This document shows positions 10,401 to 16,863 of a stretch of DNA of 32,000 nt, one piece after another. The notes beneath the pieces are model-generated. The model saw only the letters and a program-made list of their open reading frames with translations, had not been told where the DNA came from and did not search any database. This DNA is from Delftia acidovorans NBRC 14950 (GTDB lineage: Bacteria; Pseudomonadota; Gammaproteobacteria; Burkholderiales; Burkholderiaceae_C). Every line of letters begins with the position of its first letter. Positions within the stretch are counted from its first letter, which is position 1. The position numbers were made by a program, and so were the translations under genes. The stretch covers positions 10,737-42,736 of the forward strand of contig NZ_BCZP01000035.1 in NCBI RefSeq assembly GCF_001598795.1, written 5' to 3'.

Positions 10401-10954
10401 TCGGGCACCGGGGCGTCCGCCACACCAGGGCGCAAGGGCATGGGCAGCACGTCATGCCCGGCCTCCCAGGCATCCAGCCAGTCGGCGCGGTAGATCTGGT
10501 ATTGGTCGAAAAGGTCGGCTAGGCGCTGGGCCAACTGCAGCAGCCGCTCGGGCTCGCCGGGGCGCAGAAAGCCTGCAATGGGGGCGAACGCCGGGTCATG
10601 AAGGCACTGCGGCAGCAGGCGCATGAGCCGCCAGGTCATGGGCGTCTTGTCCAGGGGCGATTCGCGCGGCACGGCCTGGCGGCCCAGCACCTGGCGGTAG
10701 CTGCGCCACACAAAGCGCGCAGGCAGTTCCACGCGCGCGGCGGCGCACACGCCCAGCTGCTCGGCCATGCGCATCTTGAACCACTCGGCCATGCCGTTGC
10801 TCTGCACCAGCACCACCTCGGGCTCCAGCACATCCAGCGGGTGCGCAGCCAGCCATGCCAGCACCGTGTCGGCCAGCACCTCCGTCTGATTCCCGTGCAG
10901 GGCGATCAAGCCCGGCTGCCAATGCGATGCCACCTCTGCGCCCCCGTGCTCCAA
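7409..10954 (-). CDS. recC: exodeoxyribonuclease V gamma subunit RecC (start codon uncertain)
   Basis: 1181-aa ORF with RecC-like sequence throughout (LEPEVVLVQSNGMAEWFKMRMA...). The ORF-track start at 10954 is a TTG with no SD. In-frame alternatives are GTG at 10933 and TTG at 10909. The enterobacterial RecC N-terminus (ML-VYHSN-L) lines up with LIALHGNQTEVL starting at 10909, so the true start is probably 10909-10933. Confidence 0.88.
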   Translation of the reverse strand: MEHGGAEVASHWQPGLIALHGNQTEVLADTVLAWLAAHPLDVLEPEVVLVQSNGMAEWFKMRMAEQLGVCAAARVELPARFVWRSYRQVLGRQAVPRESPLDKTPMTWRLMRLLPQCLHDPAFAPIAGFLRPGEPERLLQLAQRLADLFDQYQIYRADWLDAWEAGHDVLPMPLRPGVADAPVPEGQQWQPRLWRAVLAELDEDQRGATRARLQGRVLAALQSGEAPAAPLARRVVVFGISQLPLSLLEFLAAIARHSQVLLAVPNPCRFHWADAIDGRELLRMARRRQPLRGGRDLAQLPLEAMHAHAHPLLAAWGRQSRDYVRQLDAFDTTGAAAQLQMPRVDLFDETDAEDLRTAPLLAQVQQRIRDLVPLAEHPPLEVARADRSIVFHSAHSVVRELEVLHDQLLQMLARPPDPAQPGQAPLAPRDVVVMLPSIETAAPSIRAVFGQYGRHDPRHIPFDIADLGARASSPLAVALQWLLRLPQQRCRLSELCDLLDVPAIAARMGLAADDLPQLTRWMAGAGIRWGLNAPQRGALGLQACGEHNSAWFGLQRMLLGYAGGVAQDGQAFGGIEPYDEVGGLSAELAGVLAALLERMLAWWREAGRPATPEVWAQRFRALLQDFFKAQDDEDEAMLAALDAALTDWQRACEQAGYADAVELGVAQEAWMQALEQPSLSQRFRAGGVTFCTLMPMRAIPFEVVCLLGMNDGDYPRRATRSDFDLMALPGQQRPGDRARRDDDRQLMLEALLSARRALYISWTGHHVRDNSEQPPSVLVSQLRDYLETGWRGEGGQPLLAQRTQQHPLQPFSRRYFEEGSPWTTYAREWRAAHAQSDGTDALPPLPAQPRPPFVPDASAPLTLARLTDFLRHPARAYLRQRLQVRFEQEDNPVVDEELFQLDGLTEYLLVQQLQQQVAAGLDEPGQAPQAMEDSVRAAVARLTRSGRLPLAGLGERGARALQSSVTPSLRAWRQQLDRYAHPAPRRRLLIEDDGLVFDDWIDGLRQSCETEESPDADDAQCWLLLDPRNLLNAKGRPHADKLMPVYLRSLALAASGSQAELRVVARDGLVQVLPMDPSEALARLRELMALWREGQNGPLPLPLRSGLAMAEGFPAAAQQAYEGGHLVGGEGEDPSWARCYPDFERLSADGRFEALAHAAHAPLLDWVAAQVQVLPYQGEAQ

Positions 10955-11003
10955 GCCATGCGAGCAGCGAGCTTAACGCGGGCAGGGCCTGCCTGCAGGC
11001 TGA

Positions 11004-11456
11004 TTACCAGTGCAGGTAGAACATGGCCTTGGCCAGCAGCACGATGGCCAGCACGTGGCAGAACACGCTCAGGTGCAGGCGGTGCGAGCGGCGCCCGCCC
11101 AGCACACCGCGCCGGCGCCACCACATGGCCGCCAGGAAATGCCCGAACACGCTGAGCGCCAGCACGATCTTGAGCGCCAGCAGCAGGCCGAAGCTGCTGG
11201 CCAGCGGAGCGGCAAAGGCGGCAGCCAATGCCGCGCGGTGCTGCCAGGCCAGCCCCAGCCCCGCGCCGTACAGCACCATCAGCACCCAGGGCATGACGGC
11301 GACCGCGCGGTCGCCCAACGCCTGCTCGGTGGCGCGCGCCACGGCAGCGGGCAGGTGGCGGCGCGCTCCGGCCAGCAGCACGACTTCGAAGAACACAGTG
11401 CCTGCAAAGGCAATGGCCGCCAGCAGGTGCAGGGTCAGCAGCAGTCCGTAGCTCAT
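11004..11456 (-). CDS. small integral membrane protein, about 4 TM helices, His-rich (CopD/HemJ-like topology; family not recognised with certainty)
   Basis: Real start is ATG 11456 (MSYGLLLTLHLLAAIAFAGTVFF...) with AAGGAG 6 nt upstream. This ATG overlaps the TGA of the upstream Rrf2 gene (ATGA, 11453-11456). 150 aa with four hydrophobic segments. The longer track ORF (to 11834) runs out of frame through the Rrf2 gene. Confidence 0.7.
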   Translation of the reverse strand: MSYGLLLTLHLLAAIAFAGTVFFEVVLLAGARRHLPAAVARATEQALGDRAVAVMPWVLMVLYGAGLGLAWQHRAALAAAFAAPLASSFGLLLALKIVLALSVFGHFLAAMWWRRRGVLGGRRSHRLHLSVFCHVLAIVLLAKAMFYLHW

Positions 11457-11905
11457 GCGCGGCTCCTTTGCGGCAGAGGCAGGGGCAGCGGCAGGGATGC
11501 GGGAGCCGGCAGCAGATCGGCCAGCGTGAAGCCGTCCAGATGGGCCATGAAGCTGTCCAGCGCCCCGCCCAGCACGCCGGCCAGCCGGCAGTCCTGCGCA
11601 AGCGTGCAGGCAGGCGGGCTGGTGCCCGTGAAGCATTCGACGATGGCAAGGTCCGGCTCCATGCCGCGCACCACGTCGCCCAGGCCGATGTCGGCCGGCG
11701 CATGGGCCAGGCGCATGCCGCCGCCCTTGCCCCGCACGGTCACGATCCAGCCGCCCAGCGCCAACTGGTGCGTGACCTTCATGAGGTGGGCTTCGGAGAT
11801 GGCATGGGCCTGGGCGATCTCGGCAATCGTGCACAGCCGCCCGGGGTGGCGCGCCACATGCATGAGCAGGCGCAGCGCGTAGTCGGTCATCAGGGTCAGG
11901 CGCAT
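11453..11905 (-). CDS. nsrR: Rrf2-family transcriptional regulator, NsrR-type (nitric-oxide-sensing Fe-S repressor)
   Basis: Start ATG 11905 (MRLTLMTDYALRLLMHVARHP...) with GGAGG upstream. Winged-helix N-terminus typical of Rrf2, and three clustered Cys (VECFTGTSPPACTLAQDC) for an Fe-S cluster. It lies 13 nt downstream of nnrS, and an NsrR-type palindrome sits upstream of the operon. Confidence 0.75.
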   Translation of the reverse strand: MRLTLMTDYALRLLMHVARHPGRLCTIAEIAQAHAISEAHLMKVTHQLALGGWIVTVRGKGGGMRLAHAPADIGLGDVVRGMEPDLAIVECFTGTSPPACTLAQDCRLAGVLGGALDSFMAHLDGFTLADLLPAPASLPLPLPLPQRSRA

Positions 11906-11918
11906 GGCAGGCCTCCGA

Positions 11919-13115
11919 TCATGCCTGCCGGTCGGCACGCGGGCGCACCAGCAGCGGGGCGAAACGCCACAGGTACAGCGCAAAGGCCAATACCCAGGCT
12001 GCGGCCGAGGCATGCAGCGCCGCCAGCGACAGCGCCGTGGGCAGCAGGGCCGCCAGGCGCAGCACGGCAGCGGCAATGACCAGGGCATAGGCGGCGACCA
12101 TGCTGCGGTCGGTGCGCAGCGGCAGGCCCAGGTGGCCCATCGACGTCCGTGTGCACATGCCGATGATGAGCAGGGCAAAGCCGCCCGCACCGATCACATG
12201 CACGGGCCAGGCGGGGCGCAGCACCCAACCGGCCGCATGCGCGCCGGCCACCAGCAGGCCCGCACCCAGCGCCGCGTGGCCCAGGTAGAGAATCCACAGC
12301 AGCGGCACGCGGCGCACGGCCTGGGGCTTCCAGGCCAGCACCTGCCACAGGGCGATCAGGCCCGCCACGGCCAGGCCGGCCGCCATGCCAGGCATCCAGC
12401 CCGCCAGCAGGCAGGCGATGGCCACCACGCCCGCACCCAGTTGCCACTGGCCGCTGGCCGTGTGCATGGGAATCTGCAGGCCGGCAACGGCGCGCATGGC
12501 GAAGAAGGGAATCACGCGCCGCGCGATCAGCAGCGCAATCACGGCCATGCACAGCAGGCCTGCGTTGAAGCGCTGCATGAGCGCGCCGTAGTCGCCTTGC
12601 CAGATGGACCACAGGTACAGCGCATCGGCCACGCCCAGGCCCGCCAGCAGCAGGGGCAGCCCGTAGTTGCGCCGGCTGCGCGCGGCATGGATGGCGCGGC
12701 CCAACGCCAGCGCGGCCCAGGCAAAGAAGGCGGTATCGCACAGCGCAGCCACGGCAAAGGCCTGCGGCCCGGGCAGCAGAAAGCCCGCACGGGCGATCAG
12801 CCACAGCAGGCACAGCGCGCCCAGCGCCCGGCCCTGCAGCGGATTGCGTCCCGTCCAGTTGCTGCCCGCCGTGAACAGAAAGCCTACGGCGATGGTGGCC
12901 ACGAAGGCCCACAGCATCTCGTGCGCATGCCAGAACACGCCGGGCATGCGACCGGTGATCCTCTGCGGCGCATGGACCCACAGCGCCACCGACAGCGCGG
13001 CCCAGAGGCAGCCCAGCAGGTACAGCGGCCGAAATCCCAATTCGAGGAATGCCTTCCATTGCGGCGCCGGCTCCCGGGTTCTCAGGGGTTCCTCCAGCTC
13101 CATCCATTGCGCCAT
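11919..13115 (-). CDS. nnrS: NnrS family membrane protein (heme/copper protein of the NO-stress response)
   Basis: Start ATG 13115 (MAQWMELEEPLRTREPAPQWKAFLELGFRPLYLLG...) with AAGGAG 8 nt upstream. About 12 hydrophobic segments, and FRP-(F/Y)L and conserved His patterns typical of NnrS. The 22 codons upstream in the track ORF have no RBS support. Confidence 0.85.
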   Translation of the reverse strand: MAQWMELEEPLRTREPAPQWKAFLELGFRPLYLLGCLWAALSVALWVHAPQRITGRMPGVFWHAHEMLWAFVATIAVGFLFTAGSNWTGRNPLQGRALGALCLLWLIARAGFLLPGPQAFAVAALCDTAFFAWAALALGRAIHAARSRRNYGLPLLLAGLGVADALYLWSIWQGDYGALMQRFNAGLLCMAVIALLIARRVIPFFAMRAVAGLQIPMHTASGQWQLGAGVVAIACLLAGWMPGMAAGLAVAGLIALWQVLAWKPQAVRRVPLLWILYLGHAALGAGLLVAGAHAAGWVLRPAWPVHVIGAGGFALLIIGMCTRTSMGHLGLPLRTDRSMVAAYALVIAAAVLRLAALLPTALSLAALHASAAAWVLAFALYLWRFAPLLVRPRADRQA

Positions 13116-13149
13116 GATGTGCACTCCTTCCGGCCCGCTGCGCCTGCAT

Positions 13150-13172
13150 AAGATGCATCCAGCGTACATCTT
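13150..13172. promoter_or_regulatory. candidate NsrR operator (23-bp imperfect palindrome)
   Basis: AAGATGCATCCAGCGTACATCTT. The outer hexamers AAGATG/CATCTT are perfectly inverted, and 8 of 11 arm positions are symmetric. It matches the arms of the AAGATGCATTT-N-AAATGCATCTT-type NsrR consensus. It lies 34 nt upstream of the nnrS ATG, between a weak -35 TTGAAG (complement of 13170-13175) and -10 TATGCA (complement of 13145-13150). Confidence 0.55.
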
Positions 13173-13234
13173 CAAGTGCACAGGCGAGGCGGCGGCGCAA
13201 CCACCTTCTGATCCACATCAAGCAGGAGCCAAGC

Positions 13235-13564
13235 ATGGCACTCGAACACGCAAAGCCACTAGAGGTCATCGCCCTGCACGCCCGCGACGGCATGCCCATC
13301 AGCACCAGCCTGATCCGAACGCCGAAGCTGCAACTGCTGCGCCTGGTGCTGCCACCGGGCCATGCCCTGCCCAGCCATCAGGTCCCCGGCGAGGCCACCA
13401 TCCACTGCCTGGCGGGCGAGGCCGGCATTGCCACGCGCCTGGCAAGCCTGCGGCTGGTGGCCGGCTCGGTGGTGCTGGTGCCTGCCGGCGAGCTGCACGA
13501 TGTGCACGCGCGCGGCGACCAGGGCTGCGTGCTGTTGGTGACGATTGCGGGCGCGAACGACTGA
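13235..13564 (+). CDS. cupin domain protein (109 aa)
   Basis: ATG 13235 with GGAG 8 nt upstream. Two cupin motifs: PPGHALPSHQVPGEATIHCLAGE and GSVVLVPAGELHDVHA. Divergent from nnrS and sharing the NsrR-box intergenic region. Confidence 0.75.
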   Translation: MALEHAKPLEVIALHARDGMPISTSLIRTPKLQLLRLVLPPGHALPSHQVPGEATIHCLAGEAGIATRLASLRLVAGSVVLVPAGELHDVHARGDQGCVLLVTIAGAND

Positions 13565-13621
13565 AGGCGGCCGCAGCCGGCGCAAAGGCAGGATCACGCA
13601 TTGCCTGAGGCACAAAGAAAA

Positions 13622-13657
13622 ACGGACCGCTTCTTGCGAAGCAGTCCGTAATTTTTT
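13622..13657. terminator. bidirectional rho-independent terminator between the cupin gene and tRNA-Phe
   Basis: Hairpin ACGGAC-c-GCTTC ttgc GAAGC-a-GTCCGT (13622-13649), flanked by an A-run (13616-13622) and TTTTTT (13652-13657). It can therefore terminate transcription from either direction. Confidence 0.6.
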
Positions 13658-13665
13658 ACTGAATT

Positions 13666-13741
13666 TGGTGGCCTGGGACGGAATCGAACCGCCGACACAA
13701 GGATTTTCAATCCTCTGCTCTACCGACTGAGCTACCGGGCC
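13666..13741 (-). tRNA. tRNA-Phe: tRNA-Phe (anticodon GAA), 76 nt with encoded CCA
   Basis: Reverse complement is GGCCCGGTAGCTCAGTCGGTAGAGCAGAGGATTGAAAATCCTTGTGTCGGCGGTTCGATTCCGTCCCAGGCCACCA. It forms a canonical cloverleaf with anticodon loop TTGAAAA and T-loop TTCGATT. There is one C5-A68 mismatch in the acceptor stem. Confidence 0.9.
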
Positions 13742-13744
13742 GAG

Positions 13745-13790
13745 AACTAGATTATATGCAGGATTTTTTGACCCAAAAACGAAAAAGCCA
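13745..13790 (-). promoter_or_regulatory. candidate tRNA-Phe promoter (perfect -10, AT-rich upstream region)
   Basis: TATAAT (complement of 13751-13756) ends 9 nt upstream of tRNA position 1. The upstream sequence is AT-rich and UP-element-like (TTTTTCGTTTTTGGGTCAAAAAAT). No good -35 hexamer at 16-18 nt spacing (best TTTTTG). Confidence 0.35.
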
Positions 13791-13807
13791 AAATTCCTTC
13801 AAAAAGT

Positions 13808-14479
13808 CTATCCGCGCTTGTTGCGGCCCAGGTCCACGCCCAGCTGGCGCAGCTTGCGGTACAGGTGGGTGCGCTCCAGGCCGGTCTTCTCGGCCACGCG
13901 TGTCATGGAGCCGCCTTCGCGTGCCAGGTGGAATTCGAAGTAGGCCTTCTCGAAGCCGTCGCGCGCCTCGCGCAGCGGGCGGTCCAGGTCGAACCCCTGG
14001 TGTGCATGCGGCACGTTGTTGTCCACCGGCACGCGGCTGGCCGCAGGCGTGACCACGGCCGCAGTGTCCGGCTCGACCACCGCCACGGGCGCTGCAGCCG
14101 GTGCCTGGCTGGCGGCGTTGCGCGCCAGGCCCTGCTCCACGGCCTTGAGCAGCTTTTGCATGGTGATGGGTTTTTCGAGGAAGGACAGCGCGCCGATGCG
14201 CGTGGCCTCCACGGCCGTCTCGATGGTGGCGTGGCCGCTCATCATGATCACGGGCATGGTCAGCAGACCTGCCGAGGCCCATTCCTTGAGCAGCGATACG
14301 CCATCGGTGTCGGGCATCCAGATGTCGAGAAGCACGAGGTCGTAGGTGTTGGAGGCGCGCGCCGAGCGTGCCTGACCGGCGTTCTCGGCCACGTCCACAC
14401 TATGACCTTCGTCGTTGAGGATTTCCGACAACAAATCCCGGATCCCCAGTTCGTCGTCGACCACCAGTATGTTTGCCAT
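13808..14479 (-). CDS. two-component response regulator, REC plus Fis-type HTH, NtrX-like but lacking the central AAA+ domain
   Basis: 223 aa. Receiver motifs ILVVDDE, DLVLLDIWMPDTDG and MMSGHAT...KP. An Ala/Pro/Val-rich linker of about 45 aa. C-terminal Fis-like HTH (MTRVAEKTGLERTHLYRKLRQLGV). Lies 41 nt downstream of the NtrY-like kinase. Confidence 0.85.
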   Translation of the reverse strand: MANILVVDDELGIRDLLSEILNDEGHSVDVAENAGQARSARASNTYDLVLLDIWMPDTDGVSLLKEWASAGLLTMPVIMMSGHATIETAVEATRIGALSFLEKPITMQKLLKAVEQGLARNAASQAPAAAPVAVVEPDTAAVVTPAASRVPVDNNVPHAHQGFDLDRPLREARDGFEKAYFEFHLAREGGSMTRVAEKTGLERTHLYRKLRQLGVDLGRNKRG

Positions 14480-14520
14480 GTGTCTTAAGCCTATGTGCTG
14501 AGGCGCGGGGGGCGTCAGGC

Positions 14521-16863
14521 CTATCCCGTACGCTCAGGCGCAAATGATAGCGACACTTGCGCACCTTGAATCACCCCGTCGTCTTCCCTGTTGCCCAGGT
14601 CGATGCGGGCGCCATGCTCGTCTGCGATTTTCTTGACCACGGCCAGGCCCAGGCCGGTGCCTCGCACCTTGGTCGTGACGTAGGGCTCGAAGGCCCGTTG
14701 AAGGATGTTGGCGGCGAAGCCCGTGCCGCTGTCACTGATGCTCAGGCGCACGCGGCGCGTGGACTCGTTCCAGCGCGTCTCTATGGTCACGGGGCCGGGG
14801 GGCTGGCCGCTTTCCTGCGCGCGCTGGGCCGTGGCGTCCTGGGCATTCTGCAAAAGATTGTGAATGACCTGGCGCAGCTGCTGGCCATCGCCGGAAATCG
14901 GCGGGCATTGCGGGTCCAGCACGCAGTCCACGCGCACTTCGGCGTTCTCTTCCCCATACAGCTGGAGCACATCGGTGACCAGCGCGTTGAGGTCCAGCGA
15001 CTGCAGGTTGGCGGCGGGAAGGCGCGCGTAGTCGCGGAATTCATCGACCAGGCGCTTCATGGCGCCGACCTGATCGACGATGGTCTTGACGGACTTGGCC
15101 AGCAGCGCCTGGTCAGCCGGCTGCAGCTTGTCGGTCAGCCGCATGGCCATGCGCTCGGCCGACAGCTGGATGGGAGTGAGCGGGTTCTTGATCTCGTGGG
15201 CCACGCGGCGCGCCACCTCGCCCCAGGCCTGGGCACGCTGGGCCGAGACGATTTCCGAGATGTCGTCGAAGACCAGCAGGCGCTGCGCATCGGGCAGTTC
15301 CGCACCACGCATGACCAGGGTGGTGGTGTGCTGGATGACGCCGCCATCGGTGGAGGCATGCAGCTCATGCACCAGTTGCCAGCGATCGCGCCCCTGCTCG
15401 CCCAGGAAGAGCGCGAACTGCTCCTGCACGACTTCGCCGAACTGCTCCAGCCCCGGCACCTGGGACAGCAGCCGGCCTTCATGGACGGCCATGGGCGCGC
15501 GCAATATGCGCGTGGCGCCGGGATTGCTCAGCACGATGGCGCCCCGCGCGTCCAGCACGATGACGCCCGAGGTGAGGTTGTCGAGGATGGTCTGCAGGTT
15601 GCCGCGTGCGGCATCGAGCTGGCCCATGCTGCGGTTGGCTTCGGCGCGGGCGTCGGCCAGTTGCTGGGTCATGAGCGCAAAGGAGCGTGTGAGCCCGCCG
15701 ATCTCGTCGCGCGTCTGCAGCGCGGGCTTGGGCCGCAGGTCGCCGCGCGCCACGTCGCGCATGCCCTGGGCCAGCAGCAGCAGCGGCCTGGCCAGCTGGT
15801 TGCCCAGCACGATAGCCAGCACCACGGCGCCGAAGACGGCCAGGAACAGGCTGAGCGTGAGCGTGCCTATGTACATGCGCTGCAGGCCGCCGCGTGCCAG
15901 CGCGCGCTCCTGGTATTCGCGGTTGGCTGCCTGCACGGCCAGGGCATTGGTCACCAGGGCCTGCGGCAGTGCAATGGTGGCCTGCAGGTAGCGCGGCTCG
16001 GTCAGCAGGCCCACGCTGGGGTTGGGCACCAGGGCCAGGGTGCGGACCTGGGCGCCGGGCGCGGTGGCGCCGGGCTGGGCCATGCCGTCGTCGTCCAGGC
16101 CTTCGATGCTGGCCACGGCGCGCTGCTCGCGCAGCGAGCGCAGCATTTGCGCGCTAGGGCGTTCGGGCTGCAGGTTGAAGCGCGACTGGCCCACGCTGGC
16201 CACCGCGCGCAAGCCAGCCAGCTCGCCACTGCGCGGCACCGGCGCCGGACCCACGACGGCGATTTCGGAGGCGCTCCACAACACGACATCGGTGGCACCC
16301 AACTGGTCGCGCACGCGCTCCAGGATCAGCGCGGCGCCGGCATCGGAGACCTGGGACAGCTGGGCGCCTGCGGTGCGCGTGTTGTTGGCCATGTCATTGG
16401 CCACGGTCTCCAGCGTGGCACTGGCCAGGCTGACGCCGGCCGACAGCGCGCCCTCGACCTGCACATCGAACCAGCTTTCGATGGAGCGCGAGACGAACTG
16501 GTAGGAGACGATGTAGATCAGCAGGCCCGGCACCAGGCCCACCAGCGTGAAGATGCCGGCCAGCTTGAGCAGCAGGCGGCTGCCGAAGCGCCCGCGCTGC
16601 AGCCGGATGGCCAGGCGGATGCCGCCCCAGGCCAGGATGGCCAGCAGCAGGCCGGCCACGACCACGTTGGCGGCGAACAGCCAGTTGTAGTTGCGCTCGT
16701 AGTCCAGGCGGTTGTTGGTGGCCAGGGTGAGCAGGAACAGCAGCAGCACGCCGACCAGGCCCATGAGGCCGGCGCCCACGCCCACGGCCCAGCGCGTGCC
16801 GCGCGACAGGCCGGCCGAGGCCGGCAGGGCCACGCGTTCGTCGTCGGCTGAGGCCCTGCTCAT
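14521..16863 (-). CDS. NtrY-like sensor histidine kinase (multi-TM N-terminus, HAMP, PAS, HisKA, HATPase_c)
   Basis: 780 aa with N-terminal hydrophobic segments. H-box VAHEIKNPLTPIQLSAERM, N-box HNLLQNAQDA, and G-boxes DSGTGF and GTGLGLAVVKKI. The ATG (16863) overlaps the DUF4390 TGA (16860-16862). Confidence 0.9.
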   Translation of the reverse strand: MSRASADDERVALPASAGLSRGTRWAVGVGAGLMGLVGVLLLFLLTLATNNRLDYERNYNWLFAANVVVAGLLLAILAWGGIRLAIRLQRGRFGSRLLLKLAGIFTLVGLVPGLLIYIVSYQFVSRSIESWFDVQVEGALSAGVSLASATLETVANDMANNTRTAGAQLSQVSDAGAALILERVRDQLGATDVVLWSASEIAVVGPAPVPRSGELAGLRAVASVGQSRFNLQPERPSAQMLRSLREQRAVASIEGLDDDGMAQPGATAPGAQVRTLALVPNPSVGLLTEPRYLQATIALPQALVTNALAVQAANREYQERALARGGLQRMYIGTLTLSLFLAVFGAVVLAIVLGNQLARPLLLLAQGMRDVARGDLRPKPALQTRDEIGGLTRSFALMTQQLADARAEANRSMGQLDAARGNLQTILDNLTSGVIVLDARGAIVLSNPGATRILRAPMAVHEGRLLSQVPGLEQFGEVVQEQFALFLGEQGRDRWQLVHELHASTDGGVIQHTTTLVMRGAELPDAQRLLVFDDISEIVSAQRAQAWGEVARRVAHEIKNPLTPIQLSAERMAMRLTDKLQPADQALLAKSVKTIVDQVGAMKRLVDEFRDYARLPAANLQSLDLNALVTDVLQLYGEENAEVRVDCVLDPQCPPISGDGQQLRQVIHNLLQNAQDATAQRAQESGQPPGPVTIETRWNESTRRVRLSISDSGTGFAANILQRAFEPYVTTKVRGTGLGLAVVKKIADEHGARIDLGNREDDGVIQGAQVSLSFAPERTG

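Noticed and set aside
3291-10522. Long plus-strand ORFs 3291..7538 (1415 aa) and 7337..10522 (1061 aa) antisense to recB and recC. Many 60-250-aa ORFs in other frames occur throughout 1.4-13 kb.
   Set aside because: The two long ORFs are again in register with the sense codons (0 and 2 mod 3 respectively). The products are Arg/Ala/Gly/Pro-rich, typical of off-frame translation of high-GC DNA. The true genes on the minus strand have clear helicase and nuclease motifs.
10975-11003. The GC-rich palindromic stretch GGGCAGGGCCTGCCTGCAGGC after the membrane-protein gene, considered as a terminator.
   Set aside because: Only a 5-bp stem (GCAGG/CCTGC) with a 5-nt loop and no following U-tract. It does not meet intrinsic-terminator criteria.
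11896-13305. ORFs 11896..13305(-) of 469 aa and 11904..13151(+) of 415 aa overlapping nnrS. The 22-codon N-terminal extension of nnrS up to 13181 was also considered.
   Set aside because: They are off-frame relative to the membrane-protein frame, which has clear hydrophobic periodicity. The nnrS extension would run through the NsrR box and lacks an RBS, whereas ATG 13115 has AAGGAG.
13600-13810. tRNA-Phe as a possible integration hotspot, with AT-rich flanks.
   Set aside because: No integrase, no direct repeat of the tRNA 3' end noticed nearby, and both flanks are ordinary chromosomal genes. The AT-rich flanks are explained by a terminator on one side and a promoter/UP-like region on the other.
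14557-16851. A 764-aa plus-strand ORF antisense to the histidine kinase.
   Set aside because: In register with the kinase codons (1 mod 3), with no domains. High-GC antisense artefact.
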